Shown: positions 17,579 through 26,194 of the stretch, one piece after another
Numbering within the stretch: position 1 is the first letter of the stretch
Layout: each line of letters starts with the position of its first letter
Source of the DNA: an uncultured Verrucomicrobia subdivision 3 bacterium
GTDB taxonomy: Bacteria > Verrucomicrobiota > Verrucomicrobiia > Limisphaerales > UBA8199
DNA: 64,000 nucleotides
Reading direction: 5' to 3'
NCBI GenBank assembly: GCA_903912925.1
Contig: CAIWJG010000631.1
Span: 3,004 to 67,003, forward strand
Program-made: the position numbers and the translations under genes
Notes under the pieces: generated by a model
Database searches by the model: none
The model's input: the letters and a program-made list of their open reading frames with translations, nothing else
What the model was told of the DNA's origin: nothing

Positions 17579-17703
17579 CCAGCTCATTATGGTCGAGATG
17601 GGAACGCCGGGTGAGGGCACCCGGCCTACAAGAGGGCGGTTTTGCGGGAGTTGTAGGCTTGGTGCCCTCACCCGGCTGGGGATGACATGGCCATAATGGG
17701 CTG
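17579..17703. repeat. Palindromic intergenic element (~125 bp)
   Basis: ccagctcattatggtcgagatgggaacgccgggtgagggcacccggcctacaa (17579-17631) is mirrored by ttgtaggcttggtgccctcacccggctggggatgacatggccataatgggctg (17651-17703). Confidence 0.75.
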
Positions 17704-17739
17704 ACTTTCGCGAAGAACCGGCGAAACCCGCACGAATGG

Positions 17740-17825
17740 CTCGATTGTTCCTCGATTGTTCCTCGATTGTTCCTCGATTGTTCCTCGATTGTTCCTCGAT
17801 TGTTCCTCGATTGTTGCTCTATTGG
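17740..17825. repeat. 11-bp tandem repeat ctcgattgttc x ~7.5
   Basis: Perfect 11-nt periodicity from 17740 to 17805, then two degenerate units. The TAG stop of 17819..18610 lies in the last degenerate unit. Confidence 0.95.
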
Positions 17826-18610
17826 TGGCGGGGCGCCGTCGGCCATCTTCCCAGAAGCGCGGCTATCTCCTTCGCGCGCGATTCCCGGTTGACTAGCACC
17901 AGGGCATTGGCTTGAAACATCCCCGCCTCATTCACCCAGCCGTTCATTTGCTGCCACACACGGATGAAGATCTTCGAGCCTTCGAGCGGCACCTGGTAGC
18001 GCTTGTAATTCAGTTTCCGCCACTCCTTAAGCTTCTTCAGGTAGATGTCGGTGATGTCTATCTCGTCGCCAACCGGCGGGGGCAGGAGGCCAAGCAAGGC
18101 GTAGAGGCTGTTTTTCCGGGTGCCCGCGTGGTAGGGCGCCCAGCCATGCACCATGATGTCTTCCAAGGGAGATCGAGCCTCCCACAGAAGCTTTCGGGAA
18201 ACCTTGAGGATAAGCAGTATGCGGCTGCGGGCTTTGCGGATCTCGAAGCCTTGAACCGGGTTGGGGCCGAACTGGGGCAGCGGTGGCGGGTCAAGCAGCG
18301 GCGGCCGGTGGCAGGTCGCCAGCACTCGGTTGATCTTCTTAAAGAGCTGGCAGCCACTCAGGCGACCAGAGATTCCGAGGTTTGGCCGGCTGTGGACCCC
18401 ATCCCCAAGCCTTCCCCAGGCTGCCCGCTGCTCCTCCTCCAGCAGGTTCCACAGCGACGACACGTCAGCCATGTTATCCCACGTGGCGCATTGGGCGGCC
18501 GTGGCGGGTTGATTAGGGGAGACACGCTGGCGCTGAAAAGCGCCCGCGCGGTTGCGGCTCGCGACGATATTGCCCCGGGCCCCGCTCTGTGGAACATCCA
18601 GATATTTCAT
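17819..18610 (-). CDS. Orphan hypothetical protein (263 aa) with basic N-terminal arm
   Basis: ATG start with no overlap to other credible genes. N-terminus MKYLDVPQSGARGNIVASRNRAGAFQRQRVSPNQPATAAQ. No signal peptide, TM segment or catalytic motif recognised. Confidence 0.65.
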   Translation of the reverse strand: MKYLDVPQSGARGNIVASRNRAGAFQRQRVSPNQPATAAQCATWDNMADVSSLWNLLEEEQRAAWGRLGDGVHSRPNLGISGRLSGCQLFKKINRVLATCHRPPLLDPPPLPQFGPNPVQGFEIRKARSRILLILKVSRKLLWEARSPLEDIMVHGWAPYHAGTRKNSLYALLGLLPPPVGDEIDITDIYLKKLKEWRKLNYKRYQVPLEGSKIFIRVWQQMNGWVNEAGMFQANALVLVNRESRAKEIAALLGRWPTAPRHQ

Positions 18611-18847
18611 AGGTTGCAGTTAGTTCTTCCGCCGGTCGTGTGGCCCGGACACTCATCGGCCCAAGCTCGCGCTGCCGGCGGAGATGTCATTGACATTCTG
18701 TGTGCTACGCGCTTAACGGTAGCACACCCACCCGCCTCGGCGCAAACCCGCCCCCACCTTCTCAAGTTGAATTTGGCTTGCAAACGGCGGGCAAAAGCGG
18801 AAGGTTATTCTCGTGCGAAGCCTAACTAATTAAGGCGCATCTGACTT

Positions 18848-19639
18848 ATGCGAACACTGAAGTCCCAAGGGCGTGGCATCAAGCGGCTGCTTGCAGCGTT
18901 CACCCTCATCGAACTGCTGGTCGTCATCGCGATTATCGCCATCCTGGCCGCCTTGTTGTTGCCCGCATTGGCGCGGGCCAAGGAGAAAGCGGCTCGCATC
19001 GCCTGCATCAACAATTTGAAGCAGTTGGGTCTGGCGATGGCCTTGTACACCGGTGACAGCAATGATATGATGCCCTGGTGCCAATGGTACAACAACTACG
19101 GCCCCAGTTGGGTTTACTTGCCCTACGCTCTCCAGCCCTGGCAGGCCGGTGGGGGGAGAGCGCCGGATCCTTGGACAACCGTCGGCAAGTCTCTGGTCGA
19201 CAACACCAATGAGATGTCTTATGTGCAACAGGGCGTGTATTTCGCTTACCTTCGCAGCCGGCCGGTCTATTACTGTCCGCTCGACAAGCAGGGGAATGAT
19301 GATTTTATCAACCGCAAACAGCGCGTCTCCAGTTACATCATGAACGGGGCCGTCTGTGGTTTCGGCACCTATTCCACGCCGAAATTCAAGATCAGCCAGT
19401 TTAACCCGGTGGCCTATGTGCAGTGGGAACCGAAAGTGAATAACTTCGGGGGCTATTACGCTTACAACTCAGGGCTGGACGCCAGCCAAAGGCCGGACAA
19501 CGTAGAGGGCATCGGGAACCGGCATGGCACCGGAGCGGGAATCCTGGGGTTCGATACGCATGTCCGCTGGATTTCGCTTAAAGAGTTTAACCGCGAGGCG
19601 GCTTTGAGCCCCGGGCTGCTTTACTGCACCCCAAAATAG
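18848..19639 (+). CDS. Prepilin-type N-terminal cleavage/methylation domain protein, DUF1559 / H-X9-DG-like
   Basis: [46 protein letters not shown], and near the C-terminus [16 protein letters not shown] (H-X9-D). Confidence 0.9.
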   Translation: MRTLKSQGRGIKRLLAAFTLIELLVVIAIIAILAALLLPALARAKEKAARIACINNLKQLGLAMALYTGDSNDMMPWCQWYNNYGPSWVYLPYALQPWQAGGGRAPDPWTTVGKSLVDNTNEMSYVQQGVYFAYLRSRPVYYCPLDKQGNDDFINRKQRVSSYIMNGAVCGFGTYSTPKFKISQFNPVAYVQWEPKVNNFGGYYAYNSGLDASQRPDNVEGIGNRHGTGAGILGFDTHVRWISLKEFNREAALSPGLLYCTPK

Positions 19640-19722
19640 CCCGACCGGCGGGCGCTGACCGATTCGAACCGCCGTATCCCGGTCGTCTGTCGCCAGGCGG
19701 CCGGTGTGAGCTTCGCTCGAAT

Positions 19723-20673
19723 TCAGGCTGCGGCAGGTGCCGGGTGATGGTTCGCGACCAGCTTGTCAACGCCGGCCTTCAACTCCGGCAGGCAGCTCTC
19801 AACCCGTGCGCGCTCCTCGGCGCGGAACCGGTGGAACGGTTCGGCCATGAAATCATCGCAAATCCCCTGGCACGCCAAGGCGCACTTGATTCCTTTGATG
19901 ATCGACGAAGAGTAGCGCCCGATACGGTAGAGCGACTGGCTGATCTGCATGACCTGGGCATGGAGTAGCTCTGTCCGGGGGAGATCGCCCGCGCGGGCGG
20001 CCTGGTAAAGCTGGACGTAGAGTTTGGGGAAGAGGTTTGCTCCCCCGTTGACGCCGCCGTGACCGCCAGCGAGGACGGTTTCAGCGAGGCGTTCTTCCGG
20101 CCCTACGAGCAGCGTCCAGTCGGGGCGGTGCTGCAACAAGGCGAGGGCCTCCTTGAAGTAGGTCATGTTGTTTGAGCTGTCCTTAAGACCGACGATACGC
20201 GGTATATCCATCGCGCGGCGCAAGCACTCCATCTCGTATTGCACTTTGGTCAGGCCGGGCATGTTGTAGAGGAACAGCGGGAGAGGCAGTTCGGCCGCCA
20301 AGTGCTCCACGTATTCTTGCATCTCCGGCTGACCTGGCGGGAGGTAATAGGGCGGCGCCAGCACCAGCGCGTCGGCGCCGGCATCAGCAGCATGACGGGC
20401 CAGATTCAAGGATTCAACAAAGGCGGTATCCGTGATGCCGACCAGCACGGGCACCCGCCCCCGGACCTGCCGGCAGGCCAGCGTAATCAGCTCCCGACGC
20501 AGACGGTAGCTCAGGCTCGGCCCCTCCCCGGTCGTGCCGAGGATAAAGAGGCCGCTCACGCCGCCGTTCACGATATGCTCAATGAGACGTTCCGCCCCCG
20601 CTACATCCAACTCATCCCGCGCGCGCAGCGGCGTCACCATCGGCGGGACCACACCAGTCAAAGGTAATTTCAC
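19723..20673 (-). CDS. DapA/NanA-family class I aldolase (dihydrodipicolinate synthase / N-acetylneuraminate lyase family)
   Basis: VPPMVTPL, ILGTTGEGPSLS, LYNMPGLT and the Schiff-base lysine context IVGLKDSS. Confidence 0.85.
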   Translation of the reverse strand: MKLPLTGVVPPMVTPLRARDELDVAGAERLIEHIVNGGVSGLFILGTTGEGPSLSYRLRRELITLACRQVRGRVPVLVGITDTAFVESLNLARHAADAGADALVLAPPYYLPPGQPEMQEYVEHLAAELPLPLFLYNMPGLTKVQYEMECLRRAMDIPRIVGLKDSSNNMTYFKEALALLQHRPDWTLLVGPEERLAETVLAGGHGGVNGGANLFPKLYVQLYQAARAGDLPRTELLHAQVMQISQSLYRIGRYSSSIIKGIKCALACQGICDDFMAEPFHRFRAEERARVESCLPELKAGVDKLVANHHPAPAAA

Positions 20674-20950
20674 AATTTAATCAGTAGTTCTTCAGGCGCT
20701 TGCTGAACGCGCGGGAACTCATAGGTCACCCACACGGCTTGCACGCTCAGGAGTATGCCAGAGAACCCAGGGGCCAGCGTTCAAGATATTCCACTGGACA
20801 GAATCAAAAGAATCCATGTCGCCTGGAATCTCGCCTGGAATCTCGCGTGTTGACGGTGGGATACAACTCCATACCATGTCTGCGATTGGATGTTGGCTGT
20901 TTCTGAGGTTCATGGGCAGGCGTCCGGGAACGGCCAACTATCCTGACAAA

Positions 20951-22039
20951 ATGAATCATACAAATCTCATAGGGTCCTGTGTTTTGCGCTATTGCCGCAA
21001 CGCTGGCCTCGCGTTGCTGGTCGGTTGCATGATGCCAGCCTTCGCGCAGAGCTCGGCCGCCGATCCCGGCGCGGCTGCTCTGGCCAAGGAAGTAGCCAGC
21101 CTGGGCTGGATTCTGTTCTCGGCCAGGACCGCGCAGGGCGACTACGACCTGTTCCTTTCCCGCCCCGACGGTTCAGCGCGGCGCAACTTCACGCAGACGC
21201 CCGACGTGAACGAGTTTGGGGGAAGGTTTTCGCCGGATTCGAAGCGGATGCTCTACCGGCATCAGCGCCGGAACTCCACTCTAACAAGTGGAAAGGAAGT
21301 AAACCACGATCTCTGGGGCACGCAAGGAGCGCTGGTTATCGCCAAAGCCGACGGTTCGGATCCCCAGACACAAGGGGAGGAAGGAGCTTATCCGTGGGCC
21401 TCGTGGAGCCCGGACGGCACACAAATCGCCTGCCTCTACAAGCGCGAAGGCCGGATTCGGATCTTCGATCTGGGCACCAAGAAGCTGGTGAAGGAGTTGC
21501 CGCGCCAAGGGATCTTCCAGCAACTGTACTGGTCCCCCGACGGCAAGCACCTGTGCGGGACGGCGAATCTCAACGGCCAGGATTGGAATATCGTGAGCAT
21601 TGATCTGAGCACGGGGAAGGAGGAGCTGCTTTCGCGCGTGCTCAACTGCACCCCGGACTGGTTCCAAGGCGACCCCAAGCGAGTCGTCTATTCCAATCGC
21701 ACCCCCGGGCTGGGCAGCGAATATGGATTTACGATGCTGATGCAGGCGACCGCCGACGGCAAGAGCCGCACGTTGGTTTGCGGGGAACGCGGCCGGCACC
21801 TCTACTACGGCTGCACTTCTCCGGACGATAAATACGTAATCTTCTCCCGACCGGAATCCGATGGGGGCACGGATGCGAAGATGGCAATCGTCCGGCTGGC
21901 GGACACGCCGATCATCGTCCCGGACGATTACGCCGCGCTGCGCTCGCTTTACCCCAATGCGAAGAGCGGTCCGGTGCTGCAATTGCAAGTTGATGGGTTT
22001 GAACCGCATTGGACTTACGCTGAGATTGGCGAAAAGTAA
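20951..22039 (+). CDS. TolB-like PD40 beta-propeller protein, secreted
   Basis: ATG 20951 gives MNHTNLIGSCVLRYCRNAGLALLVGCMMPAFAQS. PD40 repeats RFSPDSKRMLY, SWSPDGTQIA, YWSPDGKHL and TSPDDKYVIF. Confidence 0.8.
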   Translation: MNHTNLIGSCVLRYCRNAGLALLVGCMMPAFAQSSAADPGAAALAKEVASLGWILFSARTAQGDYDLFLSRPDGSARRNFTQTPDVNEFGGRFSPDSKRMLYRHQRRNSTLTSGKEVNHDLWGTQGALVIAKADGSDPQTQGEEGAYPWASWSPDGTQIACLYKREGRIRIFDLGTKKLVKELPRQGIFQQLYWSPDGKHLCGTANLNGQDWNIVSIDLSTGKEELLSRVLNCTPDWFQGDPKRVVYSNRTPGLGSEYGFTMLMQATADGKSRTLVCGERGRHLYYGCTSPDDKYVIFSRPESDGGTDAKMAIVRLADTPIIVPDDYAALRSLYPNAKSGPVLQLQVDGFEPHWTYAEIGEK

Positions 22040-22067
22040 CTGGCTGGCCGGTCGAGTCCGCCGCTCT

Positions 22068-22673
22068 ATGGAAGGCCAATCCCCGGAGACACGCCACACG
22101 CCGCCAGTCGGTGTTCCGTCGCCGACTGCGGGAGCATCGACTGGAACTTCGGAGTCGCCCCCAACCTGCGGTTATGAGGGCGGTCCCGGTCCCTTGCGTG
22201 GCCTGACTGTTATTGCAGGTCTCGCTCTCCTTATCTGGGCACTTGCGACCCAGGGGGAGTCCGGGGCGGACGCAATGGTGCAGAAACTGGGACGGCTGGA
22301 AGTGACAGCGCGGCTCGTGGAGAGGCCGGACCAGTTTCCCAAGCTGGGCGCCTATCGCTATACCTACGTGCTGAAGTACAAAGTGGTCAGCGTCCACCGG
22401 CAGGATCCCGAGGGCAAGCATCCGCTCAAGACCGGTGATGAGATCTTCGTGGGCCATTACAAGCCGTGGCTGCCGCGGTCGGAGATCAAGGATTCAGACT
22501 GGGGCGACAGTCCGCTAGGCGGCAAGCTGGACCAATTTGTGACAGGCGACGTCCACCGCCTGGCGCTGGATTATGAGCTGCAAGATCTGGCGCCCAGCGG
22601 GGCGCTGGACTATTGCTTTCCGCCCGCCACCAACCGCTTCTTCGCCCTGTGGGCGAACCGGACGGCGTATTGA
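22068..22673 (+). CDS. Hypothetical single-pass membrane protein
   Basis: TM segment GLTVIAGLALLIWALA followed by a ~150-aa soluble domain. Start is uncertain; ATG 22068 is the first start after the upstream stop. Confidence 0.55.
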   Translation: MEGQSPETRHTPPVGVPSPTAGASTGTSESPPTCGYEGGPGPLRGLTVIAGLALLIWALATQGESGADAMVQKLGRLEVTARLVERPDQFPKLGAYRYTYVLKYKVVSVHRQDPEGKHPLKTGDEIFVGHYKPWLPRSEIKDSDWGDSPLGGKLDQFVTGDVHRLALDYELQDLAPSGALDYCFPPATNRFFALWANRTAY

Positions 22674-22677
22674 CTGT

Positions 22678-22880
22678 GAGTTACATGAGTTACATGAGTT
22701 ACATGAGTGCATGGGTTACATGGTTACATGGTTACATCGTTACATCGTTACATCGGGCAAGGGCAAGGGCAGCGGCTCCTCATGTAACTCATGCAACCAT
22801 TTAACCATGCACCCATGCACTCATGTAACCATGCAACCATGCAACCATGCACCTCATGTAACCGTGTAACCGTGTAACCA
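22678..22880. repeat. Hairpin element H3: ~200-bp imperfect palindrome with gttacatg-type 8-9-mer arms
   Basis: Left arm: gagttacat x3, ggttacat x3, cgttacat x3 (22678-22754). Loop ggcaagggcaagggcagcggctcc. Right arm: tcatgtaac / catgcaac / cgtgtaac units (22780-22880). Confidence 0.85.
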
Positions 22881-22893
22881 GACCAGAAAAGAC

Positions 22894-24300
22894 ATGGTCT
22901 TCACCACCCACATTTTTGTCTTCTACTTCCTGCCGGTTTTCCTGCTGGTGTATTTCAACCTGCCGTTCCGCTGGCGGAACTTGTGCATTACGGGCGCGAG
23001 CTACATCTTCTACGGCTGGTGGCAGCCCTGGTTCGTCTGCCTGATGATGTTTACCACCGTGATGGACTTTATCTGGGGCAAGTTCATCACCCGACCAGGC
23101 GCCACCCAGGCCCAACGCAAGCTCGCCGTCCTAGCCTGCGTCTTAACCAACCTGAGCTTCCTGGGCTTCTTCAAGTACTACATGTTCTCGGCGGAGTCAC
23201 TGAACCAGCTCCTGGGCTTGGTCGGAGCCGAGCCGTTCCGGGTGCTGCGCGTCGTGCTGCCCATCGGGATCTCTTTCTACACGTTCCATTCGCTGACCTA
23301 CATCATTGACCTTTATCGCGGCCATGCGACGCCGGCCAAATCCTTCACTGATTTCTCGGCGTTCGTGGCCCTGTTTCCCGACCTGGTGGCGGAGCCAATC
23401 ATCCGCTACAAGACGCTCGCAGCGCAGCTTGCCTTTCGCGAACACACGCTCCCACGCTTCACTAGCGGCATCACGCTCTTCATTCTCGGCTTCGCCAAGA
23501 AGATACTCCTGGCAAACCCCTGTGGGCACGTCGCCGACGCCGTATTTAACGCCGCAAATCCTTGCGCCCTCGACGCGTGGGTGGGGGTGCTGGCGTATGC
23601 CTTCCAGATCTACTTCGACTTCTGCGGATACTCCGATATGGCGGTGGGGCTCGGGCGTATGCTGGGCTTTGAGTTCCTCAAGAACTTCGATGCGCCCTAT
23701 CTGTCTGAGAGCATTACGGACTTGTGGCGCCGGTGGCACATCTCGCTTTCCAGCGTGCTGCGGGACTACTTGTACCTTCCGCTCGGCGGCAATCGTCTCG
23801 GCCCCTCGCGCACCTACGTAAACCTCGCCATAGTGATGCTCCTGGGCGGCCTCTGGCACGGCGCGAAATGGGTGTTCGTCTTGTGGGGCGCCTACCACGG
23901 CCTGTTGCTGGCTTACGAGCGCTGGCGCGGCAAACGGAGCTTATACCATACCCTGCCGCCGGGCTTCCGCATCGCGGTTACCTTTGTGCTTATCCTGTTT
24001 TCCTGGGTCTTGTTCCGGGCAGAGAACCTCAGGGCCGCCGGGCGTTACTTCGGCGCCATGTTCGGACTGATCCCAGCCACCACCACCTCGGCCTTATTGG
24101 CCGCAGACATCTATGCACCGCTCTATTTTCTGGTAATGACGGTCTGCGGCGTGCTGGTTTTCCAGCACGTGCAGGCTCACGAGTGGTCTCTGAAACCCCA
24201 GACCTGGCCCCGGCTGACGTTGCTGGTGCCCTTGTTCGTGTTCTCGTTGATGGTGATGTTCTCGCAGGCCTTCAACCCGTTTCTCTACTTCCAATTCTGA
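22894..24300 (+). CDS. MBOAT-family polysaccharide O-acyltransferase (AlgI/DltB-like)
   Basis: MVFTTHIFVFYFLPVFLLVYF, ISFYTFHSLTYIIDLYRG, WRRWHISLSSVLRDYLYLPLGGNR and GGLWHGA (conserved His). Confidence 0.9.
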   Translation: MVFTTHIFVFYFLPVFLLVYFNLPFRWRNLCITGASYIFYGWWQPWFVCLMMFTTVMDFIWGKFITRPGATQAQRKLAVLACVLTNLSFLGFFKYYMFSAESLNQLLGLVGAEPFRVLRVVLPIGISFYTFHSLTYIIDLYRGHATPAKSFTDFSAFVALFPDLVAEPIIRYKTLAAQLAFREHTLPRFTSGITLFILGFAKKILLANPCGHVADAVFNAANPCALDAWVGVLAYAFQIYFDFCGYSDMAVGLGRMLGFEFLKNFDAPYLSESITDLWRRWHISLSSVLRDYLYLPLGGNRLGPSRTYVNLAIVMLLGGLWHGAKWVFVLWGAYHGLLLAYERWRGKRSLYHTLPPGFRIAVTFVLILFSWVLFRAENLRAAGRYFGAMFGLIPATTTSALLAADIYAPLYFLVMTVCGVLVFQHVQAHEWSLKPQTWPRLTLLVPLFVFSLMVMFSQAFNPFLYFQF

Positions 24301-24306
24301 GCCGCG

Positions 24307-25596
24307 ATGTTGCACCCCACCCGCAAAAGCGAGTTAATCCTGCTGATCTGCTTCCTGGCGGTGATCGCCGGGGTGCCGGTCACTCAGACTTGCATCGAAC
24401 TCGCTCGGCACGAGCGGGTCCAGGCGACGGACGTTTTCCGGTATGAGCCGACTGCGAAGAACCTGCGGGAGTTCGAACACACACTTGAGGAGAAGTCGTG
24501 GTTCCAACAGCACCTGCGGCCCGTGCTGCAAAGATTTCTATTCGTGACCGTGCGCGATACCGGTGCCAAAGGTGTCCTCGGCCGCGACCAGTGGCTTTTC
24601 TATCGGCCGGATCTGCGCTACCTCGTTGAGCCCGACCGGGTGGAAGCCAGCACGAGCGAATCAAAATGGGTGCAACCACCGGAACAAAGCACCCATCGCG
24701 AGAGCGTCGAGCAGGCGATCCTCCGATTCCGGGACCAATTGAAGGAGCGGGGCATCATGCTGGTCGTGATGCCCGTGCCCGGCAAACCGAGCATCTATCC
24801 GGATCAGGTTACCCGGCGTGCCGTGGGGAACGAGCGCCAGTTCCGATCGCCCACGCTAGAGTTGATCGAGGAGCTCCAGCGCCAGGGGGTGGCAACCGTG
24901 GATTTGTTTACCGCCTTCCAAGAGATGCGGGGCAGTGGTGGGCCGCTTTACCTGGCGCGCGACACGCATTGGACACCGAGAGGGGCGCAAATCGCGGCGC
25001 AGAAGGTGGCCGCTAAACTTAGCGAATTACACATCCCTCCGTTGACCAGGAAGGAGTTCCGCACACAGAGCGTCACGGTCACGCGTTGGGGGGACATACT
25101 CGATATGATGCAGATTCCCGGCCTGCGAAGCGCATTTGCAGCGGAGACGGCGGAGTGCGCGCAGGTCCTGGATCCCGCTCTCGGCCCCCTGGTGCCTGGC
25201 GCCTCGGACCGGCCAGGCACTTACTGCTACCCCGGACAGCAGGCGGCTGTGCTGGTCCTCGGCGACAGCTTCTGCCGGATTTATCAATACCCCGAGCCGC
25301 AATCGCTGGGCAAAATGCCGACTGCCGCCACAACGGCTCGTCCGGCGGAAACGGGGGGCAAACGCCTGCTCCCCGGTTCTGCCGGCTTCATCTCCCACTT
25401 GGCTCTGGCTTTGGGGTCGCCCGTGGACGCGATCGTGAGCGATGGCGGAGCGGCGACGGATGTAAGGCGCAAGCTCAGCACTAATCCCGAAATCCTTGAG
25501 GGTAAACGGGTCATTATATGGGAATTCGTCGAGCGCGACATTGCCCTGGGCAGCCAGGGATGGCAGGACGTTGCCCTGCCGAGGAAACTGCAATGA
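24307..25596 (+). CDS. AlgJ/AlgX-like (SGNH-like, DHHW-type) O-acetylation partner protein
   Basis: N-terminal TM anchor LILLICFLAVIAGVPV, the motif YLARDTHWTPRGAQ, and position 6 nt downstream of the MBOAT gene. Confidence 0.75.
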   Translation: MLHPTRKSELILLICFLAVIAGVPVTQTCIELARHERVQATDVFRYEPTAKNLREFEHTLEEKSWFQQHLRPVLQRFLFVTVRDTGAKGVLGRDQWLFYRPDLRYLVEPDRVEASTSESKWVQPPEQSTHRESVEQAILRFRDQLKERGIMLVVMPVPGKPSIYPDQVTRRAVGNERQFRSPTLELIEELQRQGVATVDLFTAFQEMRGSGGPLYLARDTHWTPRGAQIAAQKVAAKLSELHIPPLTRKEFRTQSVTVTRWGDILDMMQIPGLRSAFAAETAECAQVLDPALGPLVPGASDRPGTYCYPGQQAAVLVLGDSFCRIYQYPEPQSLGKMPTAATTARPAETGGKRLLPGSAGFISHLALALGSPVDAIVSDGGAATDVRRKLSTNPEILEGKRVIIWEFVERDIALGSQGWQDVALPRKLQ

Positions 25597-26194
25597 CTTG
25601 TCCTTGAGGGGGCTCTCCTCTGAAGGATCAGGCGCTAGCGGACCAGTCGCCAGACGGTGCCCAGGCTCTCGCCCTGGGCCGGTTCCCCGAGCCTCGGCGA
25701 CCTCTCCGAACTCAACTTGGCGCCCCAAACAGCCGAGCCTGTGGCCCCCTATTCCTCCTACGCTGCATCGACCCCTCGCCGGGGTTGCGGAGATGAGCGG
25801 GCGGCAGGGGACGCTGTTGCCCCCATGACCCCGAAAACAGCGAAAAGCCGCTCTCTTCACACTCGGGAAGTGGAGCTGCCGGTTTCCGCCAACGTACGCC
25901 GAGAGCGACCGCAAAGGGGTTGCGCCTTGTGCCGTCCTGCATCGGCTCTCAAGTTTGAAATAATCCATTGGATAATATCGGACGACTTAACCTTGATCTG
26001 AAGTAGTTTGTTGTGGTAACCTTTGACCTTAGTAGCAGAGGGACCATGAAGGTCGCCGTCAGCCGCGGGCATGGCGGGAGACCCGAACAGCGGATTGCCA
26101 CATCCGCAGGAGTCGTTGGGGGTTCATGGCGGAAGGAATGAGGGGTCGGGACCCTGACTACCTAATGCCCGGAATACAGTAAGAAATTGAATAT

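Noticed and set aside
17740-17825. Possible CRISPR array
   Set aside because: The units are contiguous with no spacers and are only 11 nt long. No cas genes are present in the window.
17520-17846. 108-aa ORF reading through the 11-mer array (EQSRNNRGTIE x3)
   Set aside because: The 33-nt peptide periodicity is a by-product of the 11-bp DNA repeat. The ORF overlaps the palindrome at 17579-17703 and the end of the upstream gene, and has no plausible start context.
16600-18700. Prophage or integrative element around the TA pair
   Set aside because: No integrase, recombinase, tRNA target or flanking direct repeats are recognisable. Only the TA pair and one orphan gene suggest accessory DNA, so it is reported as a low-key hypothesis rather than as a mobile element feature.
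18765-18800. Sigma-54-like GG-N10-GC spacing in ttggcttgcaaacggc upstream of the pseudopilin-like gene
   Set aside because: Only the dinucleotide spacing fits. The flanking consensus (TGGCAC / TTGCW) is poor, and no activator gene is adjacent.
25027-25968. 313-aa minus-strand ORF overlapping the AlgJ-like gene and the gene-free region
   Set aside because: No motifs, and more than half of it is antisense to a supported CDS. The composition is typical of off-frame translation.
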